Below, piece by piece: positions 19,361 to 31,732 of a stretch of DNA of 64,000 nucleotides (the stretch's first letter is position 1; every line of letters begins with the position of its first letter). This stretch comes from Actinomycetota bacterium (GTDB taxonomy: Bacteria > Actinomycetota > Acidimicrobiia > Acidimicrobiales > Ilumatobacteraceae). The notes under the pieces were generated by a model. That model saw only the letters and a program-made list of their open reading frames with translations. It ran no database searches and was not told the DNA's origin. Made by a program: the position numbers and the translations under genes. The stretch covers positions 1,727 through 65,726 of the forward strand of contig JAUSLQ010000102.1 of the NCBI GenBank assembly GCA_030645675.1. Direction: 5' to 3'.

Positions 19361-20095
19361 ATGAGCGCCCAGCTGCGTACCGACAACACCGAGCACGGTC
19401 CCGAGCAGGACAGCATCGCGCCCGAGGGACCGCGCGCCGGCGAACCCGCGCACGCCTGGTTGGTGCTGTACCAACCGGGTCGGGCGCCGCGCACGGTCGC
19501 GCTGAGTGGCGAGCTCACGGTCGGGCGTCACCTCGGCCAGCCCGACACTGCCGGCCACCTCGCGATTCAGAACGACCCCGCCGTCTCTCGCTTGCACGCG
19601 CTGTTCGTCCACAAGGCCCCCGGTTGGTGCGTGCAGGCAGCCGCCTCCACCAACGGTCTGTTCCTCGACGGCGTCCGGATGGCCAACGGTGCTGTGCAGC
19701 TGCTCGCGCCGGGCGACGAGATCCGATTGGGCGAGCACACCAGGTTGGTGTTCCACGACCTGCACTCGCGCCCCGCCGACCGCTCGCACACCCAGACGGC
19801 GCGCCCGGTACCCGACCTCACGCCGGCGGAGCGACGGGTGCTGCTCTGCCTGTGCTCGCCGGTGCTGGACGGCGACGCGTTCACCCCGCCCGCTACCGTG
19901 GCCGCGATCGCGGCGATGCTGTACGTCACCGAGAGCGCGATCAAGCAGCAGCTCGGGCGCCTGTACCTGAAGTTCGGTGTCGACGACGGCCCCGAACGGC
20001 GCGTGCGGCTGGCCAACGACGCGTTGACGCGCGGCGCCGTGCGCCGCGCCGACCTGCAGTCGTTCCGATCCGAGACCGGTGGCACCACGACATGA
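19361..20095 (+). CDS. FHA-domain protein with C-terminal LuxR/GerE-type HTH (244 aa)
   Basis: ATG at 19361 (MSAQLRTDN). FHA pattern: LTVGRHLG...AVSRLHALF...STNGLFLDGVR...GDEIRLG. C-terminal DLTPAERRVLLCL ... IAAMLYVTESAIKQQLGRLYLKFGV resembles GerE-type HTH. The stop overlaps the kinase start as ATGA. Confidence 0.8.
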   Translation: MSAQLRTDNTEHGPEQDSIAPEGPRAGEPAHAWLVLYQPGRAPRTVALSGELTVGRHLGQPDTAGHLAIQNDPAVSRLHALFVHKAPGWCVQAAASTNGLFLDGVRMANGAVQLLAPGDEIRLGEHTRLVFHDLHSRPADRSHTQTARPVPDLTPAERRVLLCLCSPVLDGDAFTPPATVAAIAAMLYVTESAIKQQLGRLYLKFGVDDGPERRVRLANDALTRGAVRRADLQSFRSETGGTTT

Positions 20096-23000
20096 CCCCC
20101 ACCACCGACGAGGCTGGGGGCAAGAGCACCGCCACACCACCGAGCGAGCTGATCGGTGGGCGCTTCCGCGTGTCACGACTCCTGGCCGGTGGCGGCGAGG
20201 CCGAGGTGTGGCTGGCAACCGATCAGGAACTGGGCCTCGAGGTCGTGGTCAAGGCCCGGCGGATCGTCGGCGGCGACGACCTCGGCCGGCTGCGGCGGGA
20301 GGCGGGCATGCTCATGCGCATCACGGCTCACCCCGGCCTGCCGATCGTGCGCAGCGACCTCGTCGACGGCGACCGGTACTGCCTGATCAGCGACTACATC
20401 CGCGGCCACGACCTGCGCACGCTGGTGGATGCCCAGCACGGCGGAGGGCTGCCGCTGCCGACGGTGCTGAACCTGGTGGACCAGTTGGCGGCGACGCTCG
20501 ACCACCTGCACAGCCACCGGCCGGCGGTGGTGCACGGCGATGTGAAGCCGGAGAACCTGGTGCTGGCGGAGGGCAGCCGGCTGGTGCTCGTCGACTTCGG
20601 CGCGGCGCTGCGAGTGGGCGACGACAGCGAGCGGCTGGGCACGCCCGGGTTCTCGGCCCCGGAGGTGCTGGCGGGCGAGGCGCTGTCGCCCGCCGCCGAC
20701 GTGTACTCGCTGGCCGCGCTGGTCGTGTACCTGTTGACCGGCATCGTGCCCAGGCTGGGCGCAGCGTGGCCCGCACAGCTCACCGGCGGGGGGCTGGGGC
20801 GGCTGGAGCGGGTGCTCCGAAGGGGCCTCACCTGGGATCCGCTGGGGCGGCCGTGGAGCGCTTCGGAGTTCGCGACGCGCCTGCGCGAGGCCGCCGAGAT
20901 GGACGTGCCGACCGGCACCATCACACTGGCGCTGCTCGATGCGACGCGGCCGGTCGCAGCTGTGCCCGGAGCCGGGCCGGGATCGGCACCTTCCCCGCTT
21001 GCCGAGCTGGAGGCCGCCGGCGGCAGGGTGATGTCCACTGTCGTGCCGCCGTCGGGCACCACGCTGGTGGCCTTCTCGCGCGCCGGCGATGCCGCCTCGG
21101 CCGCACTGGCGGTGGCCGAGGGCCAGGCCGGTGGGACCATCGCACTGCACGCCGGCGACCTCGGCGGGTGGCACGGCGCCACCCTGCAACAGCTCACCGA
21201 CGAGGTGGCGGCCCTCCGCGCACAGCACTCGGGAGGCGGTACGACGAACGACTCCCCAGGCGCTCGGGTGGTGTGCTCGCCACCGGTCCGCATGCTGCTG
21301 GGCAGCGACGAAGCACTCGTCTTCGAACCGTCGGCACATGCCTTCGTCATGCGGCGCGCCACCACAACCGTGGCGCCTACGGGCGTCCACTCCGAAGACC
21401 GTGGGCGGTCCGTCGCCTGGCGCAGCCGCGGCTGGATCGCAGCCCGTCGCGCCCGCCCATTGGTGGGCCGCGAGGCCTCGCTGCACTCCGCGACGGCGGC
21501 GGTGGATCGCGGTCGGCTGGCTGGCGAGTCGCCGGTGGTGATCGCACTGGGCGAGCCCGGCATGGGCAAGACCCGCCTGCTGGCCGAGCTGGCGGGCCGC
21601 GCCGCCGACCGCGGTGAGCCTGTGCTCGTCGGACGGTGCACCGAGTCGGGCGGAGCGTTCGAACCCTTCCTCGATGCGTTGGGCGACGAGCTCTTCCCGT
21701 TCGAGGCCGGGCAGCTGGAACGCGACGAGGAGGGCTGGATCGATCGGCGGCGGTTCTTCGCCCGCATCGCCGGCGCGCTGAGCGAGCTGGGTGGGCCGGT
21801 GACGATGGTGATCGACGACATCCAGTGGATCGACGGCTCGTCGCTCGCGTTGCTGGCGCAACTGCTCGACGACCTGGCCGGCTCGCTGGCCGTGCTGGCC
21901 GGCTGCCGGCCCGGTGCCGACCGGCAGGTGCTCGACGACCTGCTGCAACGGCCGGGGGTCACCACGCTGTCGGTGGGCCCGCTGGCGCGGGCATCGCTCG
22001 CCGAACTGGCGCGCGACGCCGGCCTGCAGCTGGGCCCCGAGGCGTTGGACAGCCTGTCGGCGCTCACCGGCGGCAACCCGTTCTTCGGCCTGCAGTTGCT
22101 CACCCACCTGCGCGACGTACCGGGCCACACGCTGCAAGGCCACGACCTGCCTGCCGGTGTGCGGGGCTGGATCCTGCAGCGGGTCGAACGCCTGGGCGAA
22201 GGTGTGGGGGCCACGCTCGCGCCGGCGGCCGTGATGGGTCGGAGCTTCGAGGTGATCGCGCTTGCCGACGTGCTGGGCCTCAGCCCGCTGGAGGCGCTGG
22301 CTCACCTCGATGCGGCGGCCGCCACGGGACTGCTGATCGACGGCGACCACCCCGGCGAGTTCCGCTTCGTGCACGCGATCGTGCGCACCACGTTGGAAGA
22401 CAGCCTGTCGCCGGCCAGGCGGGCGTTGATGCACGCCGCGATCGCTCAGCGGCTGGAGGACGACGGCGACGACCTGGAGAACCTCGAGCAAGTGCTGCAC
22501 CACTGGTTCGAAGCCGACCGTCTGGGCAACCCGGTGCACGCTGCGGAAGTTGCGGTGGAAGTGGCGAACAGGGCCACCGAGCGGTTGGCCCACGAGCGAG
22601 CCGTGGCGGTGCTCGACCGTGCGCTGGCGGTGCTCGGCTCCGCTGCTGCGACCGGCGAGCGCGATCGGGTGGAGGCACGCGTGCGTGTGGCGCACGGGCG
22701 CGCCGACTTCTTCGCTTCGCACCTCGACGCAGCCATCGCGCAGCTGTACCGCGCTGCCGATCTCGCCGAGGCGGGCGACGACCCGGCCACGCTCGCGCAA
22801 GCAGCACTCGTCGCCTCCATGCACCGCCGTCACGGGCGCGACGACCCCGACTTGCTGCGCCTGCTGGAGCGGGCAACCGATCGCTGTCCTCCCGAGCCGG
22901 CGGTCCTGCCGGCCATGCTGCACATCCGCCGCGCCAGGCTGCTGCCGTCCACGGTGCGCCACGAGCAGCGCTGTGCGATGGCCCGCCTGGGACTGGTCGA

Positions 23001-23919
23001 CCTGGAGCGGATGGATGCAATCGACCGCGCGACGGTGGAGACCGAGGTGGCGCGCGCCTGCTGGTGCCCCGACGACGCCGCCGATCGCGCAGCGCTGACC
23101 ACGCGGCACATCGACGAGGCTCGCCGGCAGCTGGCGGTCGGTGGCGCGTCGCGTTGGACCGGCGTGCTCATCGAAGCGCTCAACCACCGCTCGGCGGCAC
23201 ATGTGCAGCTGGGCGACCTCGGCCGGGCGCTCGACGACGCCAACCTCGCCGCCCGCCTGGCCGACGATGCCGGCACCACCTTCCTGCTGACGCGCGTGAT
23301 GATGGGCCAGGCGATGGTGAACAGCACCCTCGGCAACTGGGAGGAGGCGGAGCGCCTGGCCACCGACGCGGTGCGGCTGTCCAGCCGCCACAACCTGGTG
23401 CTGGCGCAGATGGCCATCGCCTACAGCGTCGGCCGCGACCGCGGGCAGCAGGCCGAGCTCGCACAGCTGGAACACCGGCTCGGCGCGTTCATCGATCAGA
23501 ACCCGCTGTTCCTTGCGGCGTTCGCGCTGGTGCACGCCGAGTCGAACCGGTTCGACGACGCCCGTCGCCTGCTCACCACCCTGCACGAGCAAGGCCCGTG
23601 GCCGCGCAACTGGCTGTGGCTGGGCACGAACGTGGCCGCACTGGAGGCGGCCCTGCTGGTCGGGGATCGCGACCAGGTGCGGCGGTACGCGGCGCTGCTC
23701 ACCCGCTACTCCGGGCAGTGGGCGCTAGCGGGTGCCGAGCTGGCCTGCTGGGGCCCGGTCGACCGAGTGCTCGGCCTCGCACATGCCATGGCGGGGCGCC
23801 ACGAGCAAGCGAGGGTGTTGCTCGGCGGGGCCCTGCGCTCGGCGGCGGACCAGCGCGCCACGCCGTGGGCTGCCCGTTGCCAGGCGGGGCTCGATGCCCT
23901 GCCGGCCAGTTCCTCCTGA
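20092..23919 (+). CDS. Ser/Thr protein kinase fused to a degenerate cyclase-homology segment, an AAA_16/STAND P-loop and TPR-like repeats (1275 aa; PknK/MalT-like architecture)
   Basis: ATG at 20092. Hanks motifs are VVKARR (VAIK-like), HGDVKPENLVL, VDFG and GTPGFSAPE. The middle segment TGTITLALLDAT...LVAFSRAGDA...ALHAGDL looks like a decayed class III cyclase fold. This is followed by LVGREASL, then GEPGMGKTRLLAEL, MVIDDIQWID, and a long helical repeat C-terminus. Confidence 0.85.
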   Translation: MTPTTDEAGGKSTATPPSELIGGRFRVSRLLAGGGEAEVWLATDQELGLEVVVKARRIVGGDDLGRLRREAGMLMRITAHPGLPIVRSDLVDGDRYCLISDYIRGHDLRTLVDAQHGGGLPLPTVLNLVDQLAATLDHLHSHRPAVVHGDVKPENLVLAEGSRLVLVDFGAALRVGDDSERLGTPGFSAPEVLAGEALSPAADVYSLAALVVYLLTGIVPRLGAAWPAQLTGGGLGRLERVLRRGLTWDPLGRPWSASEFATRLREAAEMDVPTGTITLALLDATRPVAAVPGAGPGSAPSPLAELEAAGGRVMSTVVPPSGTTLVAFSRAGDAASAALAVAEGQAGGTIALHAGDLGGWHGATLQQLTDEVAALRAQHSGGGTTNDSPGARVVCSPPVRMLLGSDEALVFEPSAHAFVMRRATTTVAPTGVHSEDRGRSVAWRSRGWIAARRARPLVGREASLHSATAAVDRGRLAGESPVVIALGEPGMGKTRLLAELAGRAADRGEPVLVGRCTESGGAFEPFLDALGDELFPFEAGQLERDEEGWIDRRRFFARIAGALSELGGPVTMVIDDIQWIDGSSLALLAQLLDDLAGSLAVLAGCRPGADRQVLDDLLQRPGVTTLSVGPLARASLAELARDAGLQLGPEALDSLSALTGGNPFFGLQLLTHLRDVPGHTLQGHDLPAGVRGWILQRVERLGEGVGATLAPAAVMGRSFEVIALADVLGLSPLEALAHLDAAAATGLLIDGDHPGEFRFVHAIVRTTLEDSLSPARRALMHAAIAQRLEDDGDDLENLEQVLHHWFEADRLGNPVHAAEVAVEVANRATERLAHERAVAVLDRALAVLGSAAATGERDRVEARVRVAHGRADFFASHLDAAIAQLYRAADLAEAGDDPATLAQAALVASMHRRHGRDDPDLLRLLERATDRCPPEPAVLPAMLHIRRARLLPSTVRHEQRCAMARLGLVDLERMDAIDRATVETEVARACWCPDDAADRAALTTRHIDEARRQLAVGGASRWTGVLIEALNHRSAAHVQLGDLGRALDDANLAARLADDAGTTFLLTRVMMGQAMVNSTLGNWEEAERLATDAVRLSSRHNLVLAQMAIAYSVGRDRGQQAELAQLEHRLGAFIDQNPLFLAAFALVHAESNRFDDARRLLTTLHEQGPWPRNWLWLGTNVAALEAALLVGDRDQVRRYAALLTRYSGQWALAGAELACWGPVDRVLGLAHAMAGRHEQARVLLGGALRSAADQRATPWAARCQAGLDALPASSS

Positions 23920-23951
23920 CCCCCAGGTCGTGCTCGCCGAGCGTGGAGGCG

Positions 23952-24877
23952 ATGGTGCCGCCGCGAGCAGCGGTGGACACTGATGGCATGCCAGGGCTGT
24001 TGTGCATCGCCGAGACCCCGGCGTGGGTCGACGGCATCGACATCTGCGAGCACCACGCCATCGACTTCGGTGAGGTACGCCGCAGAGGTGTTCGCGTGGT
24101 GGTGGTTCGCGCCGGGCGCGGCACTCGTCAGGACGCGCACTGGGTGGAGCACGTTCGCTCCGCCGATCTGCAACGGCTGGCGGTGGGTTCGTACTGGTAC
24201 GTGTTCCCGTCGCACACGACCGCACACCATCAAGCCGAGCTGTGGGCAGCCGCCATCTGGTCGGCGCCGACGGCATTCGCCGCTGGGCACTGGGCAGACG
24301 TCTCCACCACCGACGGGCTCGACCCCGTCGAGCTCGGCCGCTACGTCGCCTCGTTCCTGCGTCGCATGGACGAGTTGCTGGGGCACACCGTGGGGGTGTT
24401 CACGATCGGCTGCTTCTGGCGTCGCAACATCAGGTTCGACGTCTCCGACCGCCCGCGCTGGCGTTGTGCCGCCGACGGCCCGACGTCTGTGGATGAACGG
24501 AGAGCCGCCGCCGGTGACGCCTTCGCTGTCCGAACGCGGGCAGCGGATCGCGGTGGACCGGGCTGGCACCGCGTGCGCGCGAACTGGCTCGCTCCCCTGC
24601 GGGCACCCGAGCTGAACGGGCTGCACCTCGTGCCCCGCGGCCCGTTCGACTCCGTGGCGGAGTGGCAGTCGCGGTGGCTGCGTTCGCCCGACGTCGTGCT
24701 GTTGCAGCGGGCGCTGAACACGGCCGGGGCGGAGCTGATCGTCGATGGTGTGTACGGTCCGGCCACCGATGCGGCGGTGCACACCTGGCTCCTGCTGCGC
24801 CGGCGAGACCGGCTCGATCCGCCCGACCCGCACCTCCGTTCAACGCCCCTTCCCAGCGCTGCTAGAACGGCGGCCAC

Positions 24878-24881
<4 letters not shown>
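23952..24881 (+). CDS. GH25 (muramidase)-like domain protein with C-terminal peptidoglycan-binding (PG_binding_1-like) domain; no signal peptide
   Basis: ATG at 23952, with an alternative at 23988. WVDGIDICEHHAIDFGEVRRRGVRVVVVRAGRG ... GSYWYVFP matches the GH25 N-terminal pattern GIDVSxxQGxIDW...G..F..IKATEG...GAYHF. C-terminal VVLLQRALNTAGAELIVDGVYGPATDAAVHTW is PG_binding_1-like. The stop overlaps the next start as ATGA. Confidence 0.6.
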
Positions 24882-27094
<2,213 letters not shown>

Positions 27095-27134
27095 CGGTGG
27101 ACGGCCGAGCCGCGGACTCAAGGATGGTGCACCA

Positions 27135-30100
27135 GTGAGCGAACAAGCAGCAGCCTCCGCCCCTCAGGTGAGTGCGCCGGCACCGGCCGAGGTGAAGCCG
27201 AAGGGGCCGATCGTCGGGTTGGTCATCGCCGCCGCCGTCGCGATGGCCGCCACCGTCTGGTCGTTTCACAACGTGACATCGGCAGACACCGAGTGCGGCC
27301 CGGACTTGCGAGCGTCCTCACGAATCGTGGCCCTCGAGCTCGCCGGCACTGCCGATCGCTTCGAGGACCTCGACCTGCGATGCCGGCAGGAGGCTGCCGG
27401 CGAGGAAGCGGCATCGCACCCACCTGTCAACCAGATCGAGGCCGACCACGCGACCTTGACGAAGGAGTGGTGGCTCATCCTGGCGTACTCCTTCACGCTC
27501 GTCCTCTGGTGCCTGCTCGGCACGGTGGTGCCGAAGCGAAGGGTCACACAGAAGCTCGGCTTCTATCTGATCGCAGCCGCTGTGATCGCTGCAGTCGCCG
27601 ACATCCTCGAGAATTGTCTGCTGTGGAGTGCGGTCGAACACCCCGCCGATGTCACCGATCCCGAAGCTGGCCTCATCGCTGGCCTGGCCGTCACCAAGTT
27701 CATGATGTTCGGGCTCGCCGGCTCATTCGGCCTGGCGTCGTGGTTGGGGGCCGTCGCCCTCATCCTTCGATCGGTCTTCTCCTCGTCGGGTGGCCCGGCG
27801 TTCGAACCGGAGACGCCCACCACCACGATCTCCAAGATGCCCGACATCCTGAGGGACCGACGTGGCCAGCAACTGACTCGGTTTCAACGCCCCGACACCG
27901 GGGGCGTTCCAGTGGACCAGCCCAGCGGCGTCTGCTTCTCGGGGGGCGGCATCCGCTCGGCCAGTTTCACGGTCGGCTGTCTGCGGGCGTTGCAGGGCAG
28001 CGGCCGGCTGCGCCAGGTCCACTACATGTCCACGGTGTCGGGCGGCGGGTATGCGGCCATGGCCTGGCAGGTTGCCCAGCGCTGGAACGAGCAGCACGGG
28101 ATGGACAACGAGCAGGGCCCACTCGCGAAGGACGCACCCGAGTACCGGTACCTCGCCGACAACTCGCGTTTCCTGTGGCCACCTTTGACGGCGGGGTGCA
28201 GGTGGCGATCGACGCGGCTGTTCGTCGGCACGATGGCCAGCGTGCTCCGCGGGATCGGCTTCAACGTGCTGCTCCTCGTGGGCCTGCTGTACGCGGTCGC
28301 TCGCCCATTGGGGTGGTGGAGCGGCACGTGGGCGGCCGACGGGGGCCGGCCAGAGGCACTGTGGCAGATCTTGTCCGGCTTGGGCCAGGGCGTCCTCGTC
28401 TGCATCGTGCTGTGGCCGGCGTTGTCGCTGCGATTCGATCGGATGGCACCGAAGCAGTTCCGGAGAGATCCGACCGGGCCGGCTGACCGATGGGCTGTGT
28501 GGGGGATCGCGGCGATCACGGTGATCGGCGCTGCCTTCCTCATCTGGGTCGTGCTGTTCACCGACTCCCCGGTGCTGGTCAGCGGCTTCGCCCTCATCGT
28601 CGCGGCTGTGGCGTTGATCGCTGGGCTCGCCTGGGCAAAGGTCACCTGCGAGAACGACCCCGACGGTCCGCTCGGCGTCAGCGGCGGTGTGTCACTCGCT
28701 GCGGTGTGGCTGGCTGCACTGGGGTCGACGAGCACTTGGCCGCGGATCGTGGCCATCGTGTTGATCGCCATCAGCCTCGTGTTTGCGTCCATGAGGTTCA
28801 GATCGTTGAGGGCAGCGAGCAGCGTCGGGAACGACAAGACGTGTTCGCGTGCTGGCTGGACGGTTGCCTTCATCGTCGTGCTCCTCGGGGCGGCATGCTC
28901 CACGTTCTGGCGCGGGCTCGGCCGCGAGCATGTGGCGGTCTCGGCGATCCTGATGCTCGCCGGCCTCGGCAGTGCCGCCGTCTGGATCCTCCGCACTCGT
29001 GCCGGCTCCGGTTCTCCCGGAGTGTTGCTAGCGCTCGTGGCCATCGGCTTCGCCAAGATCTGGCTCGACGGGGGGTACCGGCATTCCGTAGACGGATGGC
29101 ACTCGATCGCCGTCCCGGAGATCGACGTGATCATCCGGGTGGGGATCCTGCTCGTCGTGATGGTGACCAGCCTGGCCCTCGCCCGACTGCTGTTCACCCG
29201 GGCGAGTCGGCGGTCCTTGGTCGTGGTCGGCATGATCCCGCTTCTCATCGCGGCGGTGCCAGCCGCGTACTGGCTGACCGGGGTCGCCCTCAGCTCGTGG
29301 AACGCGGTCGTCGGCGTGGTGATCATCGTGTTGCTCCTGTGTTCCTCCTTGGTGGGGCCGTTCGCACACCTCGGTCGCCACCGACGCTTGCCCTACAACG
29401 GGCCGGCCGGCGCCGGCGCCAGATTCCTCGCAGGCCTCTCCTTCGCGGCTCTGCTCACGGTGGGCACCGGCCTCCACCTGTGGCGCCACGACGCATTGCA
29501 CGTCGAGGTGCACGTCAAGGAATGGCTGCTGTGGACGATCGTGACGGCGCTGCTGGTGCTTGCCTACGCACTGTTGGACCAGAAGTGGTGGTCGCCGCAC
29601 GAGATGTACAAGCAGCGCCTTGGTGCCACGTTCGCTCGTGTCCGCAGCGCCAGCGACGATCCGGAGAAGACCGCGCCGCTGCAGGAGAGATCACGCCTGC
29701 CAGTCTGGGCGGAGAAGACCAAGGCCGGTCCGCAGCTCCTGATCTCGGCCGCCGCGTACGACACCACCAGCTTCCTTCCCTCGGAGATACCCACTGTGCC
29801 GTTCGTGTTCGCAGCCGACTACGTCGGCAGCGCTGACATGGGCTTCGCGCGCACGGTCGACTTCGAGGCGGTGCTCGGTCGGGTCAACGAGGCCGACAGC
29901 ACACTGCGCTCAGCCATGGCGGTATCCGGAGCGGCGGTGTCGCAGGCGATCGGCGCCATCCGAAAGGCATCGTTCTCGCAAGTGATCGCGCTGTTCAACC
30001 TGCGCCTCGGTGTGTGGCTGCCCAGTCCGAGCTACATCAACAGCTTCCGGGGTGATGGCTCCACCGGCCTCGGTGTTCGCTGGCTGAAGCTGCGCAGGTA

Positions 30101-30758
30101 CTCGTACCTGTTGAAGGAGTTCACCAGCAAGTACGACCCGGAGGATCGCTTCGTGTACGTGACCGACGGTGGCCAGCTGGAGAACCTCGGCCTCTACGAG
30201 CTCCTGGTCCGGCGCTGTGCAGTGGTCTACGCCTTCGACGCGTCCGGCGATGGCCCGACGAAGGCGACATCGTTGGTGCAGGCGATGCGACTGGCCAACG
30301 AGCGGCTGGGCATCGGGTTCGGGGCAGCCGAGAGCGACGGAGTCTGCGACCCGGCGAAGTACGAGTCGCTCGTCGTCAGCCTCGATCCGTCCGTACTGGA
30401 CCCTGCCGTACCGGACCCTGCCGTACTGGATCCTGCCGTACTGGATCCTGCCGTGTTGACCTCTCCGCCGATCCTGCAGCTGACGATCTTCTATCCCAGC
30501 GTCCTCGGGCTGCCCGAGGCATCAGGCCGGCTGCACTTCGCCAAGGCACGAATGTGGATGGGTGCTCCCCACGAGGTCACCGACTACATCAGCAGAACGG
30601 GCGACGCCGAGTTCCCGAACAACAGCACGATCGACCAGTTCCTGGAGCCCGATCAGTTCGCGGCCTACGTCTGCCTCGGCGAGGCGGTGGCCACCGCACT
30701 GCTGGCTGCTTCCGAGTTGCCGGCTGCTTCCGAGCCCGCTCCCACCGCGCCGGGCTGA
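27135..30758 (+). CDS. Large polytopic membrane protein (1207 aa) carrying a cPLA2/patatin-type lipase core split around TM blocks
   Basis: GTG at 27135. GVCFSGGGIRSASF is a GGGxR oxyanion motif, YMSTVSGGGYAAMAW is the nucleophile Ser motif, and a late YVTDGGQLENLGLYELL is a DG[GA] catalytic Asp motif. More than 12 hydrophobic segments lie between and before these motifs. A C-terminal (DPAVL)5 repeat is present. Confidence 0.75.
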   Translation: MSEQAAASAPQVSAPAPAEVKPKGPIVGLVIAAAVAMAATVWSFHNVTSADTECGPDLRASSRIVALELAGTADRFEDLDLRCRQEAAGEEAASHPPVNQIEADHATLTKEWWLILAYSFTLVLWCLLGTVVPKRRVTQKLGFYLIAAAVIAAVADILENCLLWSAVEHPADVTDPEAGLIAGLAVTKFMMFGLAGSFGLASWLGAVALILRSVFSSSGGPAFEPETPTTTISKMPDILRDRRGQQLTRFQRPDTGGVPVDQPSGVCFSGGGIRSASFTVGCLRALQGSGRLRQVHYMSTVSGGGYAAMAWQVAQRWNEQHGMDNEQGPLAKDAPEYRYLADNSRFLWPPLTAGCRWRSTRLFVGTMASVLRGIGFNVLLLVGLLYAVARPLGWWSGTWAADGGRPEALWQILSGLGQGVLVCIVLWPALSLRFDRMAPKQFRRDPTGPADRWAVWGIAAITVIGAAFLIWVVLFTDSPVLVSGFALIVAAVALIAGLAWAKVTCENDPDGPLGVSGGVSLAAVWLAALGSTSTWPRIVAIVLIAISLVFASMRFRSLRAASSVGNDKTCSRAGWTVAFIVVLLGAACSTFWRGLGREHVAVSAILMLAGLGSAAVWILRTRAGSGSPGVLLALVAIGFAKIWLDGGYRHSVDGWHSIAVPEIDVIIRVGILLVVMVTSLALARLLFTRASRRSLVVVGMIPLLIAAVPAAYWLTGVALSSWNAVVGVVIIVLLLCSSLVGPFAHLGRHRRLPYNGPAGAGARFLAGLSFAALLTVGTGLHLWRHDALHVEVHVKEWLLWTIVTALLVLAYALLDQKWWSPHEMYKQRLGATFARVRSASDDPEKTAPLQERSRLPVWAEKTKAGPQLLISAAAYDTTSFLPSEIPTVPFVFAADYVGSADMGFARTVDFEAVLGRVNEADSTLRSAMAVSGAAVSQAIGAIRKASFSQVIALFNLRLGVWLPSPSYINSFRGDGSTGLGVRWLKLRRYSYLLKEFTSKYDPEDRFVYVTDGGQLENLGLYELLVRRCAVVYAFDASGDGPTKATSLVQAMRLANERLGIGFGAAESDGVCDPAKYESLVVSLDPSVLDPAVPDPAVLDPAVLDPAVLTSPPILQLTIFYPSVLGLPEASGRLHFAKARMWMGAPHEVTDYISRTGDAEFPNNSTIDQFLEPDQFAAYVCLGEAVATALLAASELPAASEPAPTAPG
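30384..30458. repeat. 15-bp in-frame tandem repeat x5 (gayccKgccgtaYYg) encoding DP[SA]V[LP] units
   Basis: Direct reading of 30384-30458. Confidence 0.9.
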
Positions 30759-30782
30759 CAGCGCACCACCGGCTGTGTCGTA

Positions 30783-31664
30783 TCAGATGCGTTCCAGCTC
30801 GGCGCCGTCGAACAGCGGGGTGATGGCCAGTTCCTCCGCGTCGGCTGCCATGGCCTCGTCGTCGGGCACGCCGGCGGCCTTCGCCACCGCCCCGACGATG
30901 GAGCCCAGCAGGCGGGCGTCGCTGGACGTGTTGAGGAACAGCTGCGGGCGCCCCAGCACGTAGGCAACCGCTCGCTGCAGCGCAGGGCCTTCGGGCAGCG
31001 GCTCGTACCAGGACAGGCGGCGCTCGGTGGTGTCGGGCGACCAGCGCCGGCGTGCCACGGCCTTGATGGTCTGCACTGCCACGTCTCGCTCAGCGCACAC
31101 CTCCAGCAACTGCTCGACGTCGGCGCGGTACGCCGGGCTGCTCATCATCGAGAAGTTGTAGGGGAACAGCACCGAGTCGTAGTCGAACCGCTGCAAGCTG
31201 CGCACGTGCATCGCGGGGATGCGGGTGCCGTGGCCCGTGACGCCGATGAAGCGCACCAGCCCTTCCTCCCGAGCGCGCACCAGCGCCTCCAGCGCACCGC
31301 CCGGGCCATGAGCGACGACCCACTCGTCGGGCTCGACCAGGTTGTGCATCTGGACCAGGTCGAGCTGTTCCACGCCCATCCGCTGCAAGCTGCGCTCCAG
31401 CTCGGCGCGAGCCGCAGCACCGTCGCGCTCACCGGTCTTGGTGGCGAGGAAGAAGTCGCCGCGGTGCTCGGCAAGGAACGGGTGCAGCCGCACTTCGGCG
31501 TTGCCGTACGACGCGGCGGTGTCGATGTGGTTGATGCCTGCGGCCAGCACCTGAGCCATCGTGGAGTCGGCGCGCTGCTGGCTCATCGCGCCAAGGGCTG
31601 CAGCGCCGAAGATCAGCCGGGTGCTGTGGTGGCCGGTGCGGCCGAACGGACGGCGATCGATCAT
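30783..31664 (-). CDS. Aldo/keto reductase family oxidoreductase
   Basis: ATG at 31664 (MIDRRPFGRTGHHSTRLIFGAAALG), with an alternative at 31691. INHIDTAASYGNAE, LDLVQMHN and FIGVTGH are typical AKR motifs. Track ORF 30783..32783 runs on through a no-stop frame. Confidence 0.85.
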   Translation of the reverse strand: MIDRRPFGRTGHHSTRLIFGAAALGAMSQQRADSTMAQVLAAGINHIDTAASYGNAEVRLHPFLAEHRGDFFLATKTGERDGAAARAELERSLQRMGVEQLDLVQMHNLVEPDEWVVAHGPGGALEALVRAREEGLVRFIGVTGHGTRIPAMHVRSLQRFDYDSVLFPYNFSMMSSPAYRADVEQLLEVCAERDVAVQTIKAVARRRWSPDTTERRLSWYEPLPEGPALQRAVAYVLGRPQLFLNTSSDARLLGSIVGAVAKAAGVPDDEAMAADAEELAITPLFDGAELERI

Positions 31665-31732
31665 GGGCCGACCGTACACCCGGTGCGGCATACCGTCATG
31701 AAGGCCGCGACGACGAGCGGGACGACAGCCGT

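Noticed and set aside
20173-23592. 1139-aa minus-strand ORF antisense to the kinase-AAA-TPR gene. Similar long antisense or off-frame ORFs occur elsewhere, for example 1255..3561 (+), 5273..7393 (+), 15127..17607 (-), 31991..35476 (+), 32997..35882 (-), 21636..23950 (+), 13656..16532 (+) and 17659..19113 (-).
   Set aside because: Their translations are Arg/Gly/Pro/Ala-rich low-complexity sequences with no recognisable motifs. Each overlaps a gene with clear domain signatures on the other strand or frame. Long stop-free shadow frames are expected at this GC content.
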